Source of the DNA: Selenomonas ruminantium | GTDB taxonomy: Bacteria; Bacillota; Negativicutes; Selenomonadales; Selenomonadaceae | Assembly: GCA_015058575.1 (NCBI GenBank) | Contig: SVBZ01000040.1 | Coordinates: 8,314 to 72,313 of the forward strand | Length of the DNA: 64,000 bases | Reading direction: 5' to 3' | In this document: piece after piece, positions 30,144 through 38,308 of the stretch | Layout of the letters: each line of letters begins with the position of its first letter | Numbering within the stretch: position 1 is the stretch's first letter | Translations under genes and position numbers: made by a program | The notes under the pieces: model-generated | Databases searched by the model: none | The model's input: only the letters and a program-made list of their open reading frames with translations | What the model was told of the DNA's origin: nothing

Positions 30144-30359
30144 TTATTTCTTCAGCGCCTCTTTGAGGATTTCCGTCAGGGCTTTCTGCGAGATACGCAT
30201 CATGTCAGAGAGCAGAGCGTTGTACAGATCGCCGCCGTCCGTTACGCCACGGCCGTTTTCCGTGATGAAGAATTTTTTCGGATGTTCTTCTGCTTTGTAG
30301 GCCTCGTCAAGTTTGTCCTGGACAAGTTTCTCAATTTCCTGTTCTGTCATTAAAGACAC
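30144..30359 (-). CDS. Small hypothetical protein (71 aa)
   Basis: [12 protein letters not shown] on the minus strand, own terminator at ~30097-30132, host-like codon use. Confidence 0.7.
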   Translation of the reverse strand: MSLMTEQEIEKLVQDKLDEAYKAEEHPKKFFITENGRGVTDGGDLYNALLSDMMRISQKALTEILKEALKK

Positions 30360-30579
30360 CTCTTTCCTAAAATCTAAATATATTATACGACATTATGTGA
30401 TATTTTTCCTTGTTTTTTCCAAAAATAAATGAAATTAATCTTTTCAGCTGCTTTCCATTGAATTTGAATCACAATTTAATTGCTACTTAAAACTAATTTA
30501 AATACAAGCTCTTATAATGAAACCATAACAAGCGACCGAATCAAGGTAGCTTATCAAAAAAGTCAGAGAGTACAGAAAG

Positions 30580-31314
30580 GTGATGGATAATATGAAAAGC
30601 ATGAAGAAAAAATTATTAGCAGGTGTAGTAGCTGGTGCAGTCCTTACAGGTATTGGACTCAATGCGACGAGCGTGAAGGCAGCGGAGAACATGCAGCGTC
30701 AGACGCCGCCGCCGATGCATCAGGCAGGTAAGATGGGGCAGCATCCACCGGTACAGATGAGCGCGGATGAAGCCGCGAAGAACATCCATGAAACATTTGG
30801 GGTCGACGAGGCTGAGGTCAAGGCTGCTATCACGGCACATAAGGATTTCCGGGACATCGGGCAGGCGGCGATGCTGTCCAAGATCAGCGGCAAGTCGTTC
30901 AAGGATGTGCTGGCCATGAAGACTGAGAAGAACAATTGGCCGGAGATTGGCAAGAGCCTTGGCGTAACGCATGAGCAGGTACAAACGCAGATGCTCACGA
31001 TGCAGGCGTTGCATATCGAAAAGAAAGCCAATGTCGATAAGCAAAGAGTCCTTGCCCTGCTCAAGAACGGTTATCAGGCGCGGGATATCGAGTGCGCTGG
31101 CCTGCTGGCCAAGGCGGCAGGTAAGGACGTACAGGCTGTCCTGGATATGAAGAAAATCAACAATCGCTGGACAGATGTTGCTGCCGAGCTGGGCGTGGAT
31201 AAGAGCGTGCTCAGACCTGAGAAAGGAGCCCGCCAAGGCCATGGCCCGCAGGGCGGCCCTCCGGCTGAGGGCATGATGGGAGCTCCGGACGGTGAGCCGC
31301 AGCCGGCGGAATAA
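30580..31314 (+). CDS. Exported protein with an internally duplicated helical module
   Basis: Signal peptide; repeats AMLSKISGKSFKDVLAMK..NNWPEIGKSLGV and GLLAKAAGKDVQAVLDMK..NRWTDVAAELGV; exact start uncertain. Confidence 0.8.
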   Translation: MMDNMKSMKKKLLAGVVAGAVLTGIGLNATSVKAAENMQRQTPPPMHQAGKMGQHPPVQMSADEAAKNIHETFGVDEAEVKAAITAHKDFRDIGQAAMLSKISGKSFKDVLAMKTEKNNWPEIGKSLGVTHEQVQTQMLTMQALHIEKKANVDKQRVLALLKNGYQARDIECAGLLAKAAGKDVQAVLDMKKINNRWTDVAAELGVDKSVLRPEKGARQGHGPQGGPPAEGMMGAPDGEPQPAE

Positions 31315-31377
31315 TCATATATGGCAGGACTGTCACTTACTAAGCTATACAACTAAATACCCCAACGTCAGGAAACG

Positions 31378-31427
31378 TTACGCGAAAAGGCTCTGCGAGA
31401 TAATTTGCAGAGCCTTTTCGCGTGCCT
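31378..31427. terminator. Intrinsic terminator
   Basis: ACGCGAAAAGGCTCTGC...GCAGAGCCTTTTCGCGT. Confidence 0.8.
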
Positions 31428-31504
31428 AATGCTATTGGTAGGAAAATCTTGCCTTTTCGAGGGCAAAGTCATAGAATATAATTAGGCAAATGGGAGGAAT
31501 AATC

Positions 31505-32350
31505 ATGGCAGCATTTCGCATTAATCGGACAAACGATGCGGTCTTCAAGGCAGTTTTTGCCAAGCACCCGCAGATAACCATATCCCTGATTAACGCCTTT
31601 TTCGAGTTTCAGGGCACGGAGCTTATCACGAACATTGAGTTTATCGACCGAGAAATGGACGCGGACGAATACGAGGGCAAGGAGTCACGGCTGGATATTT
31701 TAGGCCGCACGTCTTCCGGCACCAAGGTCAATATCGAAATGCAGGTCAATGCGCTGGCCGCCATGGGCGAGCGTTCCGTTTACTATTGGGCGCGTAACTA
31801 CGCCGAACTCAAGCGGGGGGAGGAATACGACCAGCTGAACCGTACCGTGGCCATCAATATTTTGGGCTTTAATCTGTTTGATGCAGGTAAGTACCCGGAT
31901 ATGCACAGCTGCTTTGGCATTTATGATGTCAAAACCGGCTGTCAGCTGACGGACAAGTTAGAGATACATTTTCTTGAATTGCCGAAATTCAAGGGCAAGA
32001 GCGTTAAAGATATGAACCGTATGGAGAAATGGGCGGCCTATTTCTCCCCCAGCACTCCGGACGAGGAACTGGTAGAAATAGCAGCTTCAGAAGAAGCCAT
32101 CAAAGAAGCGATGGAGGTGGAAGATATGTTTACTAAAGATGAAGTAGCAAAACGCTCTTATGAAAAAGCAGAGAAATTCCGCCGAGATCAAGCGGCGCAG
32201 TTAAGATATGCTCGTACGGAAATGATAAAAAAATCTATTACCATGTTGAAAAAGCTCAAACTCAGCAAAGACTTGGCTACGCAACAAATTATAGAAACAT
32301 TTTCTCTATCCAACGAGGAGGCAGTTGCTTTAATCGATAGCTGCTGGTAA
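31505..32350 (+). CDS. Rpn-family PD-(D/E)XK nuclease ('recombination-promoting nuclease/putative transposase')
   Basis: NDAVFKAVF, SRLDILG..SGTKVNIEMQV, RSVYYWAR, IHFLELPKF, MEKWAAYF. Confidence 0.88.
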   Translation: MAAFRINRTNDAVFKAVFAKHPQITISLINAFFEFQGTELITNIEFIDREMDADEYEGKESRLDILGRTSSGTKVNIEMQVNALAAMGERSVYYWARNYAELKRGEEYDQLNRTVAINILGFNLFDAGKYPDMHSCFGIYDVKTGCQLTDKLEIHFLELPKFKGKSVKDMNRMEKWAAYFSPSTPDEELVEIAASEEAIKEAMEVEDMFTKDEVAKRSYEKAEKFRRDQAAQLRYARTEMIKKSITMLKKLKLSKDLATQQIIETFSLSNEEAVALIDSCW

Positions 32351-32605
32351 GAGGCTTGAAGATTATAGCGTGTGTTAAGCCAAAAAGGAACCTGATTCAA
32401 GGGCATGTAGAGGCAAAATGGTAAATACGAAAAACGCCAAGCGGGCGGTTGACAAATGTCAGCTGCCCGCTATTTCTTTTTCCCCTCTATGGTATCCCTG
32501 CTTTGGTGGATAGTTGTGCCGTTCTTGAGGCTTATATATTTTGGGCAACCAAGAATTCCTCTACGATATACATGTTGTTAAACTTGTCGAATGGAGGAAT
32601 TGCTT

Positions 32606-33226
32606 ATGAAAAAGAACACGAAAGGTACAATCTACGGCTATATCCGCGTATCCACCATTTCCCAGCGGGATGATCGGCAGTGACTGGCACTGGAGAAATT
32701 CGGGATTCCGAAAAAGTGTATCTTTGTAGACAAGCAAAGCGGCAAGAATTTTGACCGCTCGGCCTACAGGAAGATGATGAAACGTCTTGGACACGGCGAT
32801 ACCTTGGTGGTAAAGAGCCTGGACAGGCTGGGGCGCAATTATGGCGAGATGCCCCGTCAGCTGGACATCATCACCAAGGAAAAGGAGGCTGCCATTGTGG
32901 TCATCGACCTGCCCCTCCTCGATACCCGCAACAAATATGGGGATGACCTCACGGCAAAAATTATCTCCAAACTGGTCATTCAGGTGGTTTCCTACGTTGC
33001 AGAAACGGAGCGTAACATGAACCACCAGCGCACCATGGAGGGACTGGCAGTGGCCCGGGCAAGGGGCGTGACGCTGGGCAGAAAAACCATGGAGAAACCG
33101 GCGGGCTTTCCAGCTATCCATGCCCAGTGGGAAGCTGGAAAAGTCTCCGCCCGCAAGGCAGCTGAGGCGCTGGGCGTTTCGACGCCTACTTTCTTGAAGT
33201 GGGCCAATGCGTCAACGGACGCATGA
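32606..33226 (+). pseudogene. Resolvase/invertase-family serine recombinase with an in-frame TGA at codon 26
   Basis: SD GGAGG, MKKNTKGTIYGYIRVST...DRQ-stop(32681-32683)-LALEKFG...DKQSGK...GDTLVVKSLDRLGRN...RTMEGL..ARARGVTLGR, C-terminal HTH. Confidence 0.88.
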
Positions 33227-33268
33227 ACGTAAAAAAACCATGGTATTATTTACAACTACTGCACAAAT

Positions 33269-33733
33269 ATGATGACAGTGTTTAATAGATACGTCATAAG
33301 GAGTGTTCATTATGATAAAAAACTGGTAGATTGCTTTTATACGGAGTATGAAAAAGAAAAGATAGTATGGGAAATGATTGGCGCTACTCAAGATGAACCA
33401 TACTTGTCGGGGAGCGTATTTATAGGTGAAGAAGGAGAAATACCTATCGAAGAAATAAAGGATGATGCATTTATTGTATGTAGACCATGCGATGGTGACG
33501 ATAAATGGCGTCATTGGATGATGAAAGTCGCTGATAAGCTTATATGTAATGGGGGGAAAAGCAAAGATATTAAAAAGGAGATAGCAACGATATTATTCGA
33601 TGGCGCAAGAAAATATAAAGATAGAATAAAATTAAATTGCGACAGCGAAGATGAACAAATAATTGAAAAAAAGCGCAAGTTTTATTTTGGAGTACAGTAT
33701 GCTGACTTATTGGATAAATATACGGCGATATAA
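33269..33733 (+). CDS. AT-rich orphan ORF, possibly 5'-truncated
   Basis: 154-codon ORF, ~30-35% GC by hand count; frame open from 33233; no SD before ATG 33269. Confidence 0.55.
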   Translation: MMTVFNRYVIRSVHYDKKLVDCFYTEYEKEKIVWEMIGATQDEPYLSGSVFIGEEGEIPIEEIKDDAFIVCRPCDGDDKWRHWMMKVADKLICNGGKSKDIKKEIATILFDGARKYKDRIKLNCDSEDEQIIEKKRKFYFGVQYADLLDKYTAI

Positions 33734-34174
33734 TATATGAAAAATACTATATTACGATAGTGTCTACGGCCATATCATCGAGAAAGAAGGTGAGTGAATT
33801 ATGGCTATGACAAGCTTCCGCTTTTTTGTGTCTGCGATGGCTGTTGCTCGAGGCGGACTGGTCGGCGGGCAAAGAAATAGCGGGTAGTTGACATTTGACT
33901 TGTCAACTACCCGCTTAGCGTTTTTCGTATTACCAGTTTGCCTCTACATATCCCTGGGCCACGTTCGTTTGAGATTGAAACGTGTACACGTTATTTGCGT
34001 ATGGCAGTTTTTATTGCAGACGGCAGTTCTATACGCCATAGGAATAATATCTACGCATTTATCACTGAAAATGTAAAATATGTATTGACAAGAAAAACAA
34101 AAGCGTGTAGTATATGAAACATCGACGGGGTTAACAACTTTACAGTCGATAATAACGTAAAATCGACGAACGGG

Positions 34175-34445
34175 AAATAGTAAGAGCACTAGCCGCTGTC
34201 AAGCGAGCCGGAGACTGGGGAACCAGTGGTGTGAAGTCCGGTCAGCGAGGTGTTTTGAATGGTCCCGCGAGAGTCCACCGAAAACGGCTATGGCTGTAAG
34301 TAGGCTGGAACGGCTGCCTCCGTTAACGGGCTACAGTATCGGCTATTGGGCCTGTGCTGGAATGAGGTGCGTCTTTGACGTATGAAAACGGGTGGTACCG
34401 CGAAGTAGATTCGCCCCGGCTGGATTTTTCCAGCCGGGGCTTTTG
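34175..34445 (+). promoter_or_regulatory. T-box riboswitch, Trp specifier
   Basis: GAA-TGG-T (TGG = Trp specifier), T-box CGGGTGGTACCGCG, terminator GCCCCGGCTGGA-TTTT-TCCAGCCGGGGCTTTT; promoter TTGACA-17-TAGTAT at ~34086-34114. Confidence 0.92.
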
Positions 34446-34466
34446 TATTGCATAGGGGATGAGCAG

Positions 34467-35096
34467 ATGAAGGTAAAGATGTGTGGGATGAAATCGTTGC
34501 TGGCAGCCAAGGTTGCCGAGGAAGCCGGAGCAGATTTCATCGGGTTTATTTTCTGGCCGCAGAGCCATCGTTATATTGAGCCGGAACATGCAGCCGTCAT
34601 CGCCGGACAGTTGCAGCAGGCTTGGAAGACAGGCGTCTTCGTCGATGAGGATATCGAGAAGGTCAACGAGATTGTCCAGCAGGTACATCTTGACTTCGTC
34701 CAGCTCCATGGGCATGAAAATGCGGCTTATGCCCGCAAGGTGCAGTGCCCGGTAATCAAGGCATTCCATTACGAGGATGGATTCAGTGCCCAGGCGGCCA
34801 ACGAGTTTCCGGCTGAAATGATCCTGATCGATACGTATCGTCCCGGGCAGCCGGGCGGTACGGGGGAAGCCTTTGACTGGCGCGAGGCGGCAGCTGAGAT
34901 AGCTAAAGTGGAGAAACCCGTGTTGATTGCCGGGGGCATCAATACAGGCAACCTGCGGACGGTAGCGCGTATCTTCCACCCGTATGGCGTGGATGTATCG
35001 GGCGGTCTCGAAGAGAACAAGGAGAAATCGATCAGCAAGATACAGGCTTTCATGCGCCGCGCACGGAGCCTGCCACGCGGGAGGAAACGCCATTGA
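34467..35096 (+). CDS. trpF: Phosphoribosylanthranilate isomerase
   Basis: KVKMCGM, GADFIGFIF, VQLHGHE, GGTGEAFDW, GVDVSGGLE. Confidence 0.93.
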   Translation: MKVKMCGMKSLLAAKVAEEAGADFIGFIFWPQSHRYIEPEHAAVIAGQLQQAWKTGVFVDEDIEKVNEIVQQVHLDFVQLHGHENAAYARKVQCPVIKAFHYEDGFSAQAANEFPAEMILIDTYRPGQPGGTGEAFDWREAAAEIAKVEKPVLIAGGINTGNLRTVARIFHPYGVDVSGGLEENKEKSISKIQAFMRRARSLPRGRKRH

Positions 35097-35893
35097 AGGA
35101 TATATTAGCTGAAATTGTCGAGAAGAAAAGAGAAATCGTGGCTGAGGCCAAAAGGCAGCTGCCACTGGCGGAAGTAAAGGTCAGTATGCAGCCGGGTACC
35201 TTCCGCATGAGCAAGGATTTCAAGAAAGGCGCTTGGAACCTGATTGCGGAATGCAAGCTGCAGTCGCCCGCAAAAGGACGGCTCAACCGGACACACACAG
35301 TCGAAGAGCTGGCTGCAATCTATGCAGAAAATGGTGCCAGTATGCTATCCGTACATACCGATCCGCATTTCCTGGGCAGCAATGAAGATTTTCGCAAAGT
35401 GCGCAAGCTCGTAGACCTGCCGCTGCTGCGCAAGGACTTTGTCATCGATTCGTACCAGCTGTATGAGGCCCGGATGCTCGGAGCGGATGCCGTCCTGCTG
35501 ATTGCCCGCATCCTCTCGCCAGAGCAGCTCAAAGAATACCTGTATACGGCTTGGAGTCTTGGCATGGATGCGCTGGTTGAGGTGCACGATGAGAAAGATA
35601 TGGCGATGGCACTATCAACCCCGGCGGAATTCATCGGTATCAACAACCGCAATCTCAGGACATTCACGACATCCATCGGGCAGACGCTGCAGCTGCTGCC
35701 GCTTGCCGATAAGGAGCGGGTACTGATCAGTGAGAGCGGCGTGTTCGGCAGCGAGGATGCCAGAGTGCTGCGCGAGGCTGGCTGTGATGGCATACTGGTC
35801 GGTGAAGGTTTGGTGCGGGCTGAGGATATTGGTGCGATGACGAATATCCTAGCGAATATCGATACAGAAACTGACAGGAAATTGATGGCATAA
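35093..35893 (+). CDS. trpC: Indole-3-glycerol-phosphate synthase
   Basis: [34 protein letters not shown]; TTG start. Confidence 0.94.
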   Translation: MKDILAEIVEKKREIVAEAKRQLPLAEVKVSMQPGTFRMSKDFKKGAWNLIAECKLQSPAKGRLNRTHTVEELAAIYAENGASMLSVHTDPHFLGSNEDFRKVRKLVDLPLLRKDFVIDSYQLYEARMLGADAVLLIARILSPEQLKEYLYTAWSLGMDALVEVHDEKDMAMALSTPAEFIGINNRNLRTFTTSIGQTLQLLPLADKERVLISESGVFGSEDARVLREAGCDGILVGEGLVRAEDIGAMTNILANIDTETDRKLMA

Positions 35894-35906
35894 GGAGACA
35901 GACAAA

Positions 35907-37094
35907 ATGAATACCAAGGGAAGATTTGGCCAGTATGGCGGGCAGTATGTGCCGGAAATCGTGATGCCAGCGCTTAATGAGCTTGAAGCCGCTTATCAGA
36001 AATATAAGGATGATCCGGAATTCACGCAACAGTTTCGCACGTTGCTGCGTGAATATGCAGGACGTCCGACGAATCTCTACTATGCGGAGAAGTTGACCGC
36101 CCATTATGGACGGGCAAAGATTTTCCTCAAACGTGAAGATTTGCTGCATACAGGCGCCCATAAAATCAACAATGCGCTGGGACAGGCGCTGCTGGCCAAA
36201 CTGATGGGCAAGAAGCGCATTGTGGCTGAGACCGGTGCTGGCCAGCATGGTGTAGCTTCGGCTACGGTTGCCGCGCTTTTCGGCATGGAATGCCATGTGT
36301 TCATGGGGGCTGTGGATGTGGAGCGGCAGAAACTCAATGTATTCCGCATGAAGCTGCTTGGCGCCAAGGTCATTCCAGTTTCGAGTGGTACGGGCACGCT
36401 CAAGGATGCGACGAGCGAGGCCATCCGGTATTGGGCGACGAATATCACGGACACGCATTATATCATTGGCTCGGCTGTGGGCCCGCATCCGTATCCGACA
36501 ATCGTGCGCGACTTCCAGAAGGTCATTGGTGAGGAGATCCGGGAGCAGATCAAGGCGCAGACCGGCGGCCTGCCGGATTATCTGGTCGCCTGTGTCGGCG
36601 GTGGCAGCAATGCCATCGGTACGTTCTATGATTTCCGCAATGACAGAGCGGTCAGGAAATTCGGTGTCGAGGCCGGCGGGCACAGTGATGCAGTAGCAGA
36701 CAATGCGAAGACGCTTTCGGGAGCCGGCGAGCCGGGAATCCTGCATGGTGCGTTCAGCTATCTGCTGCAGACGCCGGATGGACAGGTCGTTGAAGCATAC
36801 TCTATTTCAGCAGGGCTTGATTATCCTGGCGTAGGGCCGGAACATTCCTATTATAAGGATGAGAATATCGTCAAATATGTGTCGGTCACAGATAAAGAGG
36901 CCCTGGCGGCCTTTCAGCGCTTGTCGCAGATCGAGGGCATCATTCCTGCTCTTGAGAGTTCCCATGCGCTGGCGTATCTTGAGAAGCTGATGCCAGAAAC
37001 CAAGGCTGGTGAGTCTGTTGTCGTATGTCTGTCGGGCCGTGGCGATAAGGATGTAGCCATGGTGGCCAGAGCGCTGGGGGAGGATATCGAATGA
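35907..37094 (+). CDS. trpB: Tryptophan synthase beta chain
   Basis: [47 protein letters not shown]. Confidence 0.97.
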   Translation: MNTKGRFGQYGGQYVPEIVMPALNELEAAYQKYKDDPEFTQQFRTLLREYAGRPTNLYYAEKLTAHYGRAKIFLKREDLLHTGAHKINNALGQALLAKLMGKKRIVAETGAGQHGVASATVAALFGMECHVFMGAVDVERQKLNVFRMKLLGAKVIPVSSGTGTLKDATSEAIRYWATNITDTHYIIGSAVGPHPYPTIVRDFQKVIGEEIREQIKAQTGGLPDYLVACVGGGSNAIGTFYDFRNDRAVRKFGVEAGGHSDAVADNAKTLSGAGEPGILHGAFSYLLQTPDGQVVEAYSISAGLDYPGVGPEHSYYKDENIVKYVSVTDKEALAAFQRLSQIEGIIPALESSHALAYLEKLMPETKAGESVVVCLSGRGDKDVAMVARALGEDIE

Positions 37095-37888
37095 AAAACC
37101 GCATTGAGGAAAAGATGGCAGCACTCAAAGCTGCCGGTAAAAAAGGAATTTATGTTTACATTACTTGCGGGGCACCGGATGCAGCGACGACAATCGAGGC
37201 GGTCAAACAGGCTGAGCAAAATGGTGCGGATCTCATTGAACTCGGGCTGCCGTTCTCTGATCCGATGGCAGATGGACCGGTCATCCAAACGGCATCTGTT
37301 GTGGCCCTCAAAAACGAGATGACACTGGCCAAGGAGCTTGAAATCCTGCGCGAAATCCGCACGTTCTCGGATATTCCCATCGTTGGCATGGGATATATCA
37401 ACAATATGTATCACTATGGCTTTGAAAAGTTTGTCAAGGATTTCAAAGCAGCCGGTATGGATGGCATTATCGTGCCGGACGTGCCGCATGAGGAGTCAGA
37501 AGAGATGCGCCGAATCTGTAAGGAAAACGATTTTGTCCTGGCGGAATTCATCACGCCGGGCACGACGGAGGCACGTATGCAGGATACCTGCAAGGATGCG
37601 CGCGGCTTTATCTACTGTGTCTCTAACAATGGTGTCACGGGCGTCAAGAAGGTGGATTACCGTGTGATTGGCGGTGTTTGCGACAAAGCGCGCAAGTATA
37701 CAGCGGCACCGCTGGCGGTAGGCTTTGGCATCGGCTCCGCTGAGGCAGCTGTAGAAGCGGCTGCGCATGCGGATGCTGTCATCGTGGGCAGTGCGGTGGT
37801 CAAACGCTTGCTGGATCACAAGCTCACGGAGGCCATGGCGCTCGTCCATGAGATGCGCGTGGCGCTTGATGCGAATTACGCGCAGTGA
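37091..37888 (+). CDS. trpA: Tryptophan synthase alpha chain
   Basis: [33 protein letters not shown]. Confidence 0.96.
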   Translation: MKNRIEEKMAALKAAGKKGIYVYITCGAPDAATTIEAVKQAEQNGADLIELGLPFSDPMADGPVIQTASVVALKNEMTLAKELEILREIRTFSDIPIVGMGYINNMYHYGFEKFVKDFKAAGMDGIIVPDVPHEESEEMRRICKENDFVLAEFITPGTTEARMQDTCKDARGFIYCVSNNGVTGVKKVDYRVIGGVCDKARKYTAAPLAVGFGIGSAEAAVEAAAHADAVIVGSAVVKRLLDHKLTEAMALVHEMRVALDANYAQ

Positions 37889-37965
37889 AAACCGAGAAAA
37901 GGATTTTTAGAAGCGATGACGAATAGTTATTCCTAGGAAATTCGATTCCAGAAAGGAAGATAGCT

Positions 37966-38232
37966 ATGATCGTCACTGATATAAAAACCGTAGATGCGGC
38001 CGAAGATCTCATTCGCCGCCATACGCAGAACCGTCCGGAAAAACCAAGGAGCGTACAGGAAATATCGGCCCGCTACCGGCAGGCGATAAAGCAGTATCAG
38101 ATACTCATGCATGCGGAGACCGATAACCGTGAGCAGCGGGTCATGCTGTATGCAGAAATCAAGACGCTCGGTTGGTGCTTGGGACGCGACGAGCATAAGG
38201 TGGTAAAGGATATCAATACGCCGCAGCCATGA
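37966..38232 (+). CDS. Hypothetical 88-aa protein inside the trp cluster
   Basis: SD AGAAAGGA, host-like codon usage, no recognisable motif. Confidence 0.75.
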   Translation: MIVTDIKTVDAAEDLIRRHTQNRPEKPRSVQEISARYRQAIKQYQILMHAETDNREQRVMLYAEIKTLGWCLGRDEHKVVKDINTPQP

Positions 38233-38239
38233 CGGCGTT

Positions 38240-38296
38240 CATCCAGAAAAGCCCCTGCCTGGTGATCAAACGCCAGGCAGGGGCTTTTTCTGGATG
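38240..38296. terminator. Long inverted repeat / terminator immediately upstream of trpE
   Basis: CATCCAGAAAAGCCCCTGCCTGG...CCAGGCAGGGGCTTTTTCTGGATG. Confidence 0.75.
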
Positions 38297-38308
38297 GGAG
38301 TGTGACCT

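Larger units (their letters stand above)
32400..33955. mobile_element. ~1.55-kb segment bounded by ~80-85 bp imperfect inverted repeats, carrying a serine recombinase pseudogene and an orphan ORF
   Basis: 32400-32479 aligns to the reverse complement of 33871-33955 with ~7 substitutions and small indels; no transposase or target-site duplication seen. Confidence 0.6.

Noticed and set aside
32681-32715. UGA in the recombinase followed by a small hairpin (TTCGG-GATT-CCGAA), a possible Sec read-through
   Set aside because: The hairpin is small and ~17 nt from the UGA, and the position is not a catalytic Cys; a nonsense mutation is simpler
32561-33121. 186-aa minus-strand ORF across the recombinase
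   Set aside because: Antisense shadow with no motifs; the + strand has all recombinase signatures
33901-33925. GTCAACTACCC resembles the 5' motif of IS200/IS605 ends and HEARO/omega RNAs
   Set aside because: The following CTAAAG/GGCTTG hairpin is missing, there is no tnpA, tnpB or iscB nearby, and the word is simply one arm of the local palindrome
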